This document shows positions 32,572 to 46,935 of a DNA stretch of 64,000 nucleotides, in pieces. How positions within the stretch are numbered: position 1 is the first letter of the stretch; each line of letters starts with the position of its first letter. The DNA lies in NCBI GenBank assembly GCA_964016885.1, contig OZ024758.1, forward strand, positions 18,848,001 to 18,912,000, in the 5' to 3' direction. A program made the translations under genes and the position numbers. This stretch comes from Eledone cirrhosa (taxonomy: Eukaryota). The notes beneath the pieces were generated by a model. That model did not search any database. It had not been told where the DNA came from and saw nothing but the letters and a program-made list of their open reading frames with translations.

Positions 32572-33615
32572 ATTATTATTAATAGAAAACATATATCTTC
32601 GTTGTAATTTCTTATAATATTTATTCATTCTCATTTCATTCCAACTCATTCTTCGACGTTTGTAGCAAAGCTCATGAAAACGGATATTCTTTAAATAAAA
32701 TTTCCGAAAAATTCCCACGTAAAAATGTTGTCCATTTAGACGTAGAAACGAAATCTGTCCGGGGATAGAGAATTCAGCAGCTTTAACTGTATAATCGCTG
32801 ATACAACCTCTTTCAAACATTGACACTTCACTCTAAAACTTATCTGTGAATCGATGATGCTATACGTATTTGTGACTAATAAAATTTCAATGAGATAATA
32901 TTGCGAACATTAAGACTTTAACCAGAAAACACCTGACTAGACAAAACTAAATATCCCAATTAAATCCTATAAAAAAGCAACATTAAGAGACATGCCATCA
33001 CTTGCTATAAGTTCTCTCAAACGAGGTGGACGAAATCTTTCTTGCTAGTCAGTAGATATCGGCCACGTCTAAATGACAACTTTATCTCGAATGCTATTTA
33101 AGGTAATAGCATTTTATATCTGTATTTTTTTAAATACATATATCTACAAAAAATAAATTGTTATCAGCCAATACTTAAGATATTATGTATTAAACATTTT
33201 AATTTCGGTCGATTTAGCAGTCTTTATCTTGGCATTGCTACTTCTCCTTAATCCGAAGATTTTCTGAATCAAGAGTTTGAGCTTTAAATTTAAGATAAAT
33301 GTTCACTGAAGAAAAAATCTGTTTCGTAGTAACACTTTCACATGAAAATAAATAAAAATTAAAAAAATGTCTAGCTAAAATACACTAGGATTGCAAAGGT
33401 TTATGCAGAAGCATCAACCCAAGGCAGATAATAAATATTTGAATAAGATTGCAGTTTAATAATATAATACAGAGAAAATCCAACTTAGTTAACTGAATCC
33501 ACTGTTTGCCAAAAGAAATAGCAATTAAAATTGAATATTTTACACGATTACATTTTCTACTCTCCGCAGACCCGAGGCATTCCTGTATATAACTAGATAC
33601 ACACATTCATACAGT

Positions 33616-33641
33616 TCTCTCTCTCTCTTTCTCTCTCTCTC

Positions 33642-33717
<76 letters not shown>

Positions 33718-33908
33718 TATCTATCTCTTTCTCTCTCTCTTTCTCTCTATTTCACTCTTTCTCACTTTCTCTCTTTCTCTTTCTCTCCCTCTCTCTTTAT
33801 TTCTCTCTTTCTCTCTCTCTATATCTCGCTCTCTATTTCTCGCTCTCTCTTTCTCTCTCTCTCTTTCACTCTCTCGTTTTCTCGCTCTCTCTGTCTCTTT
33901 CTCTCTCT
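33616..33908 (+). repeat. (CT)n-rich microsatellite
   Basis: Direct inspection. Confidence 0.95.
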
Positions 33909-34382
33909 TGTACACATACATATCTAGGTACCTACATACATGCGTTGACGTACATCTGAATATGTATAAATATATGTATATATATATAAAGTGTTAAAAC
34001 TATCCAATTTTAGTTTAGAACATTTATTAGCTGAAAATTGTTTCTTCCAGAGGGAAGTCTGGAATCATCGAAGCATAAGGAATGTCAAAACATGACACTA
34101 ATAACAATTATGTACCCTAAATATTCTAAATGACTGGGAATTTAGTTACATGTTTCGACATTACTTATGCTCCGATGGAACCAGACTTCGCTCTGGAAGA
34201 AACAATTGTAAGCTAATACATGTTCTAAATTAAAATTTGATCGATTTACCACTTTGTATCTCGGCTCAGAAAAACACTTGAAAATTTGCCTTGAGCTTTT
34301 TGTGATACCGGTAACCGGGTAGTACATAGTACTACCCTATATATTTATAGTTATATCAAACATATATAAATATAAATATTGC

Positions 34383-34477
<95 letters not shown>

Positions 34478-34481
<4 letters not shown>

Positions 34482-34752
34482 ATATTAACAAATGGAAACT
34501 ATATTTATAAAACCATATTTATTTCATTATACATTTCAAGGTCTACCAAGGCAAACGATGGTGTGCTTTCGTCAGATAAAATATAATATAGGTTAGTTTT
34601 ATAAATAAATATTGACATACCCTGAAAACATGCAACCATTCTGTTTCCATTTGTTAATATATTCTATATTTACTCCAATAATTTGTTGAGTGCTTTATAT
34701 CAGTTATAAAAATATTTTGCTTGTTGTATCCCAACACATTAAATATAACCTC

Positions 34753-34756
<4 letters not shown>
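34478..34756. mobile_element. Family F foldback element, copy 2 (long internal-site arm, short tail arm)
   Basis: Same two outer ends as copy 1 in opposite orientation; CTGACGA..GAAA core on the minus strand. Confidence 0.75.
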
Positions 34757-34798
<42 letters not shown>

Positions 34799-35422
34799 CT
34801 AGCAACCAATGTGGTACTACACCGCCTTCTCTTGAACAGATAAATGATAAATGTGTATGTGTGTATCTAGAATGACAGAACCGAGACAAAAATGTGGGTA
34901 TACCAGATATATAGAATGTTATTCTAATAAACCGTGTTTACCATCAAAAACAACCTTTGATGTTTTCTGAGATTCATGCATGTAAATATGGCGCGTCTTT
35001 GTTTTATTATATAAATAGCAGTACGATGTGTTCAATTATCTGCAAATTGTCGTATTGCTTCTGAATATAATGTTGTAATTTCAAACTAGTGTTGAACATT
35101 TCTTATAATTTCTTGCAATACGTACATTAGTAAGTTATTTGCACTGTATAAAATAAATGTTTAAATTATTCATTTAAATTGTTTATATTTGTATAAATAT
35201 ATTTTCTTTATTTCATAGTATAACTAACAGTTATATTAATGGATTTAGAAACGATGATTACTTGTAAATAGTTTCTATATGTAAATGTATCAGTATTTAT
35301 AATACACAAATAGAACTCAGATATTTCTTCTTCCTTTCGCTACACATTCTGGTCATCGTCCTTTACACTCTTTTTGACCATATGGAATAAATATGTGTTA
35401 CTTATTGAGGTTATATATATAT

Positions 35423-35611
35423 AATCTCCAACAGACCAGTGTCTGTCCTTAGGGCATCAACATACGTTAACCTTGGTCTTCCTCTACTAGTGTGTCCATG
35501 TAGGGGCTCCCAAAGGAGTACTGAGTACAATGTCAACTCTAGATGTCGGTGAGCATGTCCCGCTAACCTCAGTCTCCTCTGTGTCACTTTTGAGCTGACT
35601 TTTGGGACATC
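35423..35611 (-). pseudogene. RTE-clade LINE C-terminal remnant
   Basis: VSSKVTQRRLRLAGHAHRH..VLLWEPLHGHTSRGRPRLTYVDALRTDTG. Confidence 0.8.
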
Positions 35612-35771
35612 GCAGCGATAATGAGGGACAGAGGCCGCTGGAGAGAACTCGTCCATGGATCTCGGGAATTTTACCCGCCTTAGATAGATAGATAGATATA
35701 TATAATAATTTATATAAGAAAATTGAGTATATCTACTAATATCGAATATTTAAATTCGCAGTATAGTTTGT

Positions 35772-35929
35772 GGGTCGGATGACATGGTTGGACGCATAGG
35801 GTAACGGTCCTTGACCTTCTGAGTTCAAATCCCGCCGAGGTTAACTTTGCTATTCATCCTTACGGATAAAATAAAGTACCAGTAGTGCACTGGGTAATTG
35901 ATGGCCTTGTGACAGAAGTAGAAACAATT
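35772..35929 (+). mobile_element. SINE family 1
   Basis: Alignment; 3' flank TTTATATATTAAAAGGTC.CCAT is shared with the 36581 copy, indicating local duplication. Confidence 0.85.
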
Positions 35930-35959
35930 TATATATTAAAAGGTCGCCATCATGCACGC

Positions 35960-36697
<738 letters not shown>

Positions 36698-39361
36698 TTA
36701 TATATTAAAAGGTCACCATTATGTATATTGTTATATCTATTAAGCATGTTATTTACACATGTTAAAATCATTCTCAAACTACATTCGCCACTTTAATGAC
36801 ACAGATAACACGGTATTTTATAGCAGTCAGCATATGTATGTAATTTATATACAAATCCTTAATCAGACACACATTAACCAAGGAGCGAACTGGTTTCGAA
36901 ATAAAGAATCAATATTTGATATACGATGCAATGTTCCTCCGACGTTTACAGATAAAGTCTTTGATTTAAGGGAAAATACTCAAATAAGTTGAACATACAG
37001 AAAAGTTTATTCTTTATTTCTCTTCACCTCAACATCCACATTCTGAAACCCTTTCTATTTTTCATGTAGATTTATCAGTAGATGTAATCCCGGATGTTTA
37101 GGTTCTGCCAAGACTTAACTATATATTCTCGATTTTATTGTTTTCACTTATCTCTTGGCTTGCTTTCCTTTTTCTGGCAGATTTCAGTTGGAAACTATCT
37201 GATGTGCGACCGGTCACAATAGAACAGCTATTGATTTTCTTTTTTGGAGCAACTAATACAGATTCTTCATTTTTGCCATTATCTTTTACTTGTACCCGAG
37301 CATCAAACATGTCATATTTGAAGACAGTGTTGCTGATTACTTCCGCAAAACTTCGAAATAGCTACAATCTCAGATATGATTGAAATGAATAATAAAATTC
37401 CGATAGATTATTTCAAAGAATGAAGTCTGAATGACAGAATCTCCTCTAACATTACAGCTTATTTCCTGACGTTCTGTGCGAACCTTTCACCGTTCTTCAT
37501 AATGACGACAGATTCACGTGATTTTGGTGATCAGTCAGCGAAAACTTAAGTATAATTTTGAACACTAACAATGAAATTGATATAGATTTTTTTCGTCTAT
37601 ATTCATTGAATAAGACGTCACAAATATAAACGTTATACGTTAATGGGTTTTTAACGTTTACGGGCTACTTGTCATACTTTATTACAAGTATAACCGTTTT
37701 TAGAAAAGGTAGTGTATGTCAATACTATTCTGTAATTAAATATTTAACAATATATCAGATTTTTTATTTCATTTACTATTTCCATCTAGTAGAATTCCAC
37801 CAAGAAAGCAAATTTGTTTTAAATATTTAAAGCATCAACATTTCAATCTTATAGAAATATTTTATTTTATTAATAATCTAAATAGAGAATATGTAGATAA
37901 ATGTTAGGTTATGGAAATGAAGTTATGAGAATATATACACAAATAAATTCTAAATTATTTCAGTTGTAATACCAAAATATTTGAATGTATATTGACACAA
38001 AATTATCAGCAGTGTATTGTCAAAAGTCTCAACTCAATTACACGAGCGTATATTAATTCATCTATTCCAGAATTATGAGACTTGCAGCTGAGCCTCATAG
38101 AATTTACTTTAAAATATGTGAGAGAATATAATAGAGTGTCTAGTCATCTTGCTGCTTTTGGAGATTTCTATAATGCATTTAATATAATATATGGAGCCGT
38201 TCTAAAAGTGTAACTAGAAACAACGATATTAGCTTACCTAATTGCTTCACTTATATACTTACATGCTATAATCGCTAAACACAATTTATAAAATTGTACG
38301 TATCTTTAGGACTAGAAACTTGCTAGTTTGCAGATATAGAATCGACTCTCCTACTTCCTCTCACACACTTCATTCTTTCTCTCTCTCACACTCTCACTAT
38401 CTCTTTCTCTGTTATATATATATGTATATATCTGTGTGTATGTATGTATGTGTGTGGGAGGAGATGTAACAGATATATTGATAGATGTACAGATGTGTGT
38501 GCATGTGTGCGTGTATTTATGTGTATGTGTGCAGTTGTAAACAAGGAAATATTTAAGAAAAGAAAATAACAATTTAATTTAGATGCACAACTTTGAAGTG
38601 ATTCTCAAACCTTACTTTGAATTAAAAATCAATGTAAGAGTAAACAAACTGAAAATGTTCATCTGCATTCACAAATCTCTCTCGAGTAGCGTGAAGAATG
38701 AACTAGTGGATCGGAAATCAAAAGTAGAAGTTAAAAAGAAAGTTTTCAAAGTGCCCTAAGATCTCGTTGCAGCTGAAAAGATCTGCTTCATTTTATAGAA
38801 GAACAGGTGTAAAATAAATTGTTTCTGTAGTTTTTAATTTGCGAATGAAGTTCATTACAAGAGCAATATTAATTGAAAGGGGTCAATCAATAAAATAAAA
38901 TAGAATATTAGATTCCTTCAAATAAATGTGAATTCTTGTCATGCTGAGCTTTTCATGTGTATACATTTTCCGTACATCCCAGAAGGGTAAATTCGCAATT
39001 TCACTGTTCAAAACCTGAAATATACTTCACTTATTTTGATGTTTCCAATGTGATATTGTTTCTCCTTAAAAAAAGAAACATTTACAAGGTTAATATATCG
39101 AATGTTGTTGGAATTTATTTGCAAAATTGTTGGAATTAACTGTTGATAGTAAGGAGAAAGGAATCTAATGAGTTACTACTCTTGAAATTTGAAAACCTTC
39201 AGCAAAATATTTATAAGAATCAAATTATGTCTCTCACAAAGAAGGAGAACGAAAGTTCTTTTAAAAAGTTGTCCAAATAAAAATAAATATGTGAATGTGT
39301 GTTTGTGTTTATAAGTATATTATATATATAAGACAATATGCCTACACATACGTGCGCATAC

Positions 39362-39482
39362 TGTCTGAGTTCAAACCCTGCCGATATTAAATGTGCCTTT
39401 CATCCTTACGGGGTCGATAAAATAAAGTACCAGTAATGCACTGGAATAATTGCAGGCATTGTGCCAAAAGTAGAAAGAATTA
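39362..39482 (+). mobile_element. SINE family 1, 3' half (paralog of the 36581 copy)
   Basis: Alignment and shared upstream flank. Confidence 0.8.
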
Positions 39483-39700
39483 TAAATATGTCTACATTTG
39501 TGTATATATATATATATATATATGCATACATAGGGCTGCAGCAACCATCGATGAGGTGACCGTAAACTTAGTTTCCAGCAGTTTTTCTTAGGTGAATCTG
39601 CGATCTTATTTGACCTAGTATGTAGAATATATTTAAGATAATACTCGTTTGATGAGGTTTATTAAGCTTAAGGACTTACAAATGATTGTTAATGTGCTAA

Positions 39701-39890
39701 GGTAGTGGATTGGTAGTATCGGTAGAGGCTCTGACGCCATGTTTGCAGCAAAGTGTTACTAGACTTTATTGTCTGAGTTCAAATCGCACCATCGTCAACT
39801 TTACCTTTCATCCTTACGAGGTCGATCAAATAAAGTACGAGTAGTAGACTGGGATAATTGCTGAACGTATGCCAAAAGTAGAAACAATTA
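39701..39890 (+). mobile_element. SINE family 1 variant
   Basis: Full length; degenerate TSD TTAAT.T.CTAAGGTAG. Confidence 0.8.
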
Positions 39891-40493
39891 ATTTACTAAG
39901 GTAGATGATGTTGTCTTTCATCACATTTTGTGGGAGTAGAATAAGGCATAACATTTCATGATAGTGTTACACAATCATGCTATTATAAAAAAAAGTATCC
40001 ATGTTAACGTACTTGTAATCTCCCTTTGTTTACTAACGATATTATTAAGAATATATTACGAACGATGAAAGAGATAGCCAAGGCGTTTGAATGCCAAGAT
40101 GAGATTTTTCAAATCATTCTATATAAATCCAAGATCCAATTTGTTGAATTTTGTAAGTTGCTGCCAATTTAGTAAATGGAAATAAATTAATGTAACGTGC
40201 CTTAATGCAATGCCTGGATATGTCATCGATTGGAGCGCATTAGAGTGTTTATCCAGTGATATTCTAATTGGTTCAGCCTAAATTACATTGTATCTCCTAA
40301 TCCTGAATCTATGGAAACATTAATTAAATGTTGACCAGGTACAACTTGATGCATTGTCATATGAAGTTACGGAGGTTGTTCTAAATCTCATTGGTATGTT
40401 GTATAGCTATTTCTGACGAAAGTAATCACTTCATAATTTATATTTCAGACACGATGAGGTTTTATAGAAGGCCTGGATTCCCCATTATGTATG

Positions 40494-40675
40494 TGGATTG
40501 GCAGTATCGGTAGAGGGTCGGACGCCATGCTTCGCAGCAAAATGTTGCGTCAGTTTATTGTCTGAGTTCAAATCACGCCGAGGTTCACTTTGCCTTTCGT
40601 CCTTACGGGGTCGATAAAATAAAGCACCAATAATACACTGGGACAATTGCTGGCCGTGTGCCAAAGGTTGAAACA
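40494..40675 (+). mobile_element. SINE family 1 variant with 10-bp TSD
   Basis: ATTATGTATG at 40484-40493 and 40676-40685. Confidence 0.85.
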
Positions 40676-40960
40676 ATTATGTATGCTACAATGTTCGTTT
40701 CTACCACATTTAAAATGTCTCCAAATATTATGGAACATCAATAACGGTTTTGGTGGCATATTATATCAAAGGATTATTAGTTTTACAACATACTAGCTTC
40801 CGAAGGATGAAACGATTGTCTTAAAAAGCCATAATGTTATACGATAGACTGCCAGCCACTCACACAGTGGCAATAGAGGATGTGTAGATGAAGCTTGGGA
40901 AAGAAAACTACATGCAATATAGCTTATAATGCTTTCTTAATTTATGCATCTGACCACTTC

Positions 40961-40986
<26 letters not shown>

Positions 40987-40991
<5 letters not shown>

Positions 40992-41060
40992 ATACTTTGG
41001 GAGGGTCATGTTGTACACACGATTTCAGATAAAGAATCTTGCTAAACAAATTTAGAAACG

Positions 41061-41063
<3 letters not shown>
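40987..41063. mobile_element. Family J minimal element (two termini only)
   Basis: Left 27 bp matches the 52913 end; right about 45 bp matches the 54005-54050 tail. Confidence 0.75.
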
Positions 41064-41111
<48 letters not shown>

Positions 41112-41113
<2 letters not shown>

Positions 41114-41523
41114 GTAGGAGGTGAGTTTTATTGTAGTACAATAAAGCAATGCAGATATCGGATAAGAAGCACTCTACAGTTTGTAGGACTGGAGTATGCA
41201 TAATATAAGATCAAAAGATGGTTAAAGGAGTTCCATGTATTTTATTATGCGCATTTCAAAAACAAACATCATCATGCAATAACATGTGTGTTTTCATCAG
41301 ATAAAACAGGAGAACATGATATGAAGGCTAAAAAACACTTGTGGATAGTGCAGATATGTTGATTTAAAACTGCACTATCCACAAGTGTTTTTTAGCCTTC
41401 ATATCATGTTCTCCTGTTTTATCTGATGAAAACACAAATGTTATTGCATGATGATGTTTGTTTTTGAAATTCGCATAATAAAATACATGGAACTCCTTTA
41501 ACCATCTTTTGATCTTATATTAT
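41112..41523. mobile_element. Family E foldback element with two hammerhead copies
   Basis: About 150-bp inverted arms around about 41360 plus about 90-bp tail; HHR at 41240-41306 (minus, intact) and 41417-41483 (plus, one stem III change). Confidence 0.9.
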
Positions 41524-41603
41524 ATATATATATATATATATATATCTATATATACTATAAAGTAAAGCAAGTAGAATTATTTGATAATATATATATATAA
41601 TAT

Positions 41604-41780
41604 ATAATTGTTTCTACTTTTGGCACAAGGCCAGCAATATTCCAGTGTATTACTGGTACTTTATTTTATCGACCCCGTGGATGCAAGGCAAAGTTAACCT
41701 CGGCGGGATTTGAACTCAGTCCGTAAAGGGACGTAACTGTGCTGCAAAGCATGGCGTCCGACCCTCTACCGATACTGCCA
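41604..41780 (-). mobile_element. SINE family 1
   Basis: Reverse-complement near full-length copy. Confidence 0.85.
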
Positions 41781-41838
41781 AAATGGTTGCCAAAACACAT
41801 ATGTATGTGAGACATTGTTTGATTGGTGTATGTGTAAA

Positions 41839-41890
<52 letters not shown>

Positions 41891-42231
41891 GGAATAAAAA
41901 AGAGAGATTAACACTAATATAAACATACATGTTTTCGAATCGTAAGGAGCAAGTTTGGTAGGGTGAAAAAATACTAACTACAGCAATATGGTTTGTCAGA
42001 CTTGATTTTAAATATAAAATTAAGAAACATAACAGTCCTATATCGGGCAATCGCCTGGTAACAACTAGACAGTTCTAGAGACTGTTCGCAACATCTTATT
42101 AAGTGAAGACCACATGTATGGTTATATTAGTGTTCATCACTCTTGTTTATTCAATTATATTGTACGGATCTAAAAAAGCTTTTTGTAAGAGACTACTCTG
42201 AGTTTCTATCTCACTATAGATATATATAGAT

Positions 42232-42503
42232 AAATCTACCAAAATATACGGTCGTGTCCAATCCGTATGGAGAACTCAATGTAATCCAAATATCATGAAA
42301 AGAGAAGATGTATTCAGAAAATGTTTCGATGAAAATCACAGGAAAACAGAGTCAAGATACTCGGGTTACTGGAGTGGGTAATAGGAAAAGAGTCTGGATC
42401 ATCGACGACTGAGCTCCGGCCGTTTCGACAGCTAGATCCGAACTAGGCGCAGAAGTTAGTATCAGTTCGGATATAGCCGGAGATCAGCTATCGGATTCCT
42501 GAC

Positions 42504-42510
<7 letters not shown>
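42232..42510. mobile_element. Family A tail abutting a diverged family-H-like foldback
   Basis: 42232-42359 is the reverse complement of 1795-1922; 42372-42510 has GAGTGGGTAATAGGAA, CTGAGCTC, GCCGTTTCGAC.GCTA. Confidence 0.6.
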
Positions 42511-42540
<30 letters not shown>

Positions 42541-43011
42541 TCGAGGTTTTCTCAATTATATATGTCAGTGAATTTTATTATTCATTAGAATGTCATATTA
42601 AACACTTCGATTTTTTCCGGCTTTCGTATAGTGTAAGGTATTATGCGTGTTTAGAATACACACAGTCTTCAGCATTCTCACAGAGACATATATACAAATA
42701 AATAGAAATGTACACTGTGACATATAGATGAGTAACATTCAGCGTTGGAAAACTATGGATTCTACGTTAAAATAAATGTTGTTTATACTAACTATATCAT
42801 TGAAAATTATGTTAATGACGACGGTGATGTATATAATGCGATTTGTGTAAGAAAAATAAGTATTGATATGATAATGCTTATTGTGTGGATGCTAATATTG
42901 ATGATGTTAATATTGATGATCAAAAGAGTACAACCGTGCTATAGATAATGATAATTATAAGAGCTAAACATGAAGATCATGATTATGTTTCAATTTTCTT
43001 CTCTACATACG

Positions 43012-43074
<63 letters not shown>

Positions 43075-43078
<4 letters not shown>

Positions 43079-43501
43079 AACAAGATATCATTATAGGTAA
43101 TCCGATTAGAGGTTGTGAATACTTATTATCATGGCTAGCTTTAGCGTACGGCGTTGTATGATGCAACAAGAGTCTTACGTGGATGACGAGTTTATGATTT
43201 CACTCATATTCCTATGTAAATTTATCTTAGAGTTATAACATTGAAAAAGTGGAGAATAACATGGTCAACAGTACAACACAGGGGATTTATTTGAATTTGA
43301 ATTTGTAAATTTGCCGGTTACGCATATATTTATATTTTCTCTCTGTCTCTGAGGATATGATGAAAATAACATGTATTTAAATTGAGTGGCACTACTTCCA
43401 GTGTTTAGCAATTTTTTGACAATTCCATCAGTTAAACAATTGTTAGACTGTAAATAAATTTCATTCTTCGTACTGTTGACAGTGTTATTCTCCACTTTTT
43501 C

Positions 43502-43504
<3 letters not shown>
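43075..43504. mobile_element. TA-embedded element with about 35-bp inverted arms and one-sided tail
   Basis: ATTGAAAAAGTGGAGAATAACA..GTCAACAGTAC (43240-43274) is inverted at 43470-43504. Confidence 0.55.
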
Positions 43505-43556
<52 letters not shown>

Positions 43557-43561
<5 letters not shown>

Positions 43562-43656
43562 TAAAATAGCAGATTAAAGCTTAAGCAAAGAATGGCTGCT
43601 TTCTCCTTTAACGGGATCTTCTGAAACTAAATATTTGGATTTTAGTCTTCAAATTT

Positions 43657-43671
<15 letters not shown>
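43557..43671. mobile_element. Family I element (inverted internal arm plus tail end)
   Basis: TTTATTAAAATAGCAGATT... joined to ...TTTTAGTCTTCAAATTTATTATT. Confidence 0.65.
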
Positions 43672-43702
<31 letters not shown>

Positions 43703-43705
<3 letters not shown>

Positions 43706-43897
43706 CGAAGGAAATATGGTAAGAAACCAAGTGGACTATAACGCACCAAAGTACTCAATACTAGGGTAGTAGAGTGGGTAATAGGAACGAGTAGGACTCC
43801 GACGGCTGAGCTCAAGCCGTTTCGACGGCTAATTCTGGACTAGTCCAGAATTAGCCGTCGAAACGGCTTGAGCTCAGCCGTCGGGGTCCTACTCGTT

Positions 43898-43902
<5 letters not shown>
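43703..43902. mobile_element. Family H foldback element, copy 3
   Basis: Same ends as copy 1; apex TTCTGGACTAGTCCAGAA. Confidence 0.9.
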
Positions 43903-44380
<478 letters not shown>

Positions 44381-44530
44381 TTAGTTAAAAAAAGCAAGAC
44401 CACAAATGTCACAAGGAAAACATTATTAAAAGATGTTCAAGCTATTTTAGTTTGATGTAAGGAATGTAGAGAATAATAATAATAATATTAATAATAATAA
44501 TAATGTATTACTATATATATATATATATAT

Positions 44531-44611
44531 AGTAATAATACTAAATTTGAAGACTAAAATCCAAAGCGGGCTCGATAAGGATAAATATATAAACTTTTAT
44601 CTGTTATTTTA

Positions 44612-44617
<6 letters not shown>
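44531..44617. mobile_element. Family I minimal element
   Basis: Inverted tail end plus ATCTGTTATTTTAATAAAT. Confidence 0.65.
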
Positions 44618-44703
<86 letters not shown>

Positions 44704-45243
44704 CGCATCGGGCAATGAAAGACTAGCTCATGCGGTGAACTAATTTAAACACGAAATATTCGTAACAAATATCTAGGAATGAATTATAGTAGAAATATTG
44801 TCGAGAAATATAAACGTGAGCTTACTGAAGCGTAAATCTATGAATTGTATCCATATGGAAACAAACTATGCTTATATTTATGATGAGTAGCGAAACAAAG
44901 AAATCTTATGTTTAAATAATATAGGTGAAAGCAAACAAATCATGCAACACATTTCTTGCGTAAGACAATGAGATAAATTAAGCATGCACTCCAATACATA
45001 TTCACAATATCTCTCATGTATTCTCGAATGCTATTCGTTCAGTTCATTTATTTTACTTTCCTTGTTGACGTTCTTACGTCAAGAAGCACGTTAGAATTTG
45101 AACATTTGAAACGTGCGCTTATACGCTAAAATCAAAGACAAACACGCACGCATGAAATCACACACATGTTAACAGACACGCTCTCACTCTCATAAACACA
45201 CAGACACACATACACACAAACGCAGGCAAACACATGTACACAC

Positions 45244-45320
<77 letters not shown>

Positions 45321-45354
45321 TGCGTGTCTGTGTTTGTGTGTCTTTATATGTATA

Positions 45355-45457
45355 CATGGCTCAATAGGGGGTAACCATAGTAAGTAAGGTATATAACACA
45401 TAACAGAGTATAAATAGTTAATATAAAAATGACTTCTACAGGACTAAACTGTTTCAT
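45355..45457 (-). mobile_element. Family G tail-arm fragment
   Basis: GGTAACCA.AGTAAGTAAGGTA ... CTTCTACAGGACTA.ACTGTTTCAT as at 21339-21428. Confidence 0.7.
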
Positions 45458-45776
45458 ATACTGTACATACACAATAAATCCAGTCGCAACAAAGATTGCT
45501 TGCGCATAAATGAATGTTCGAAAATATGAATTGAACGTTTTATGTCTGGAAATATACTGTGTTATATGTTGAATATATATATTTATGTTTACATATGTGT
45601 ATAATTTTCCCATGTTTACATAGCTACAGAATATTATAGATCGGAATGAATTCATATCATATGGTCAACATGAACATATGACTAACAAATTACACATGCA
45701 AGCGATTAAAATATATATTTAGTATTTCCTTCACCTAATACAATTTTTGCAAAAGCGTTCTACCACCGTGCATAAC

Positions 45777-45848
<72 letters not shown>

Positions 45849-45958
45849 GGTTCATTGTGGTAGTGTGCTTTTGCAAAATACGATTAAGTTTAAAGAATAA
45901 AAATAAAACATACATTGAGAGAGAATTATTCGTGTGTTAATGCCCGTGTACATCTCAT

Positions 45959-45993
<35 letters not shown>

Positions 45994-46847
45994 GCATGTA
46001 TATTGTATATATATGCAAGGTGTATGTTTGTACCGAATTGTAATGGGGTAATTGGATTCAATGTAAGAAATTACATTTAACATTTATGGATAAGAAACAA
46101 ATTGTAACTAAAAAAGAAAATAGCTACGGAGCCGAGAAAATAATATTATGTGAATGAGATTTAATTGGGAAATAGCAACTTAATCAAGTATAGTGGTTTA
46201 GGAAACAGTAATGTGGAGATGTCGACACGAAAATATTATTACATAACCATATTGACACAAACCACTATAATGATTAGTAAATCTGCTGAAGATGTTTAAT
46301 GGTTGTGCGTTTTTATATTAAAGAAATTTGAAAATCCCAATCGTTGAATAGATTTAGAGAAGAATAACTTCTTTACGGCGAGGTAATAAAAACAAAACAA
46401 AAAACTACTTAATGAAATTAAGGGAAATTTTCTTCGATTTTTTCGCTTCATGTTATTTTGTTGTAGTTCAGTTTTCCTAATTTATTTTTGTTTTATTATC
46501 ATTGAAACGAAATTTAACTTCTATGTAGAACGACATTTTAAATCTCTATTAAGCATTAGAACATTTCCAGATTTAAGTATATTGTACTTTCATTCAGTTC
46601 TCACTTTTATCTTTTACCTTTTATTTTAATGTCAACGTATATAAGGTGGTGGTGCAACATATCGCAAACGTAGATTTATCCAAGAATTAGCCGAAAAAGA
46701 TTATGTCTATTCAATCTACAAGCAGCATGAAAAAAACATATATACACCGTTACGATGAAACCAGCCCTGGATGTTACTTTGTTTTCCCCCGATAGAACTA
46801 TAATGCAGGGGGGAATGTATGCTGTATATAGGCGTATATATTTAGTG

Positions 46848-46935
46848 AAGGCGCTTGGCTGTGTGGTTAGAGAATTGGATTTGGAATCGTGAGGTGCGTT
46901 ATGCCCTTGGTCAATACACTTTATTTCACGGTACT
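46848..46935 (+). mobile_element. SINE family 2 head fragment
   Basis: GTGGTTAGAGAATTGGA.TTG.AATCG shared with the 28305 copy; CORE-like CCCTTGG.CAA.ACACTT. Confidence 0.5.

Noticed and set aside
37119-37310. 63-aa hydrophilic ORF with KKK/RKRK clusters
   Set aside because: No recognisable domain or clear splice sites; cannot be distinguished from chance.
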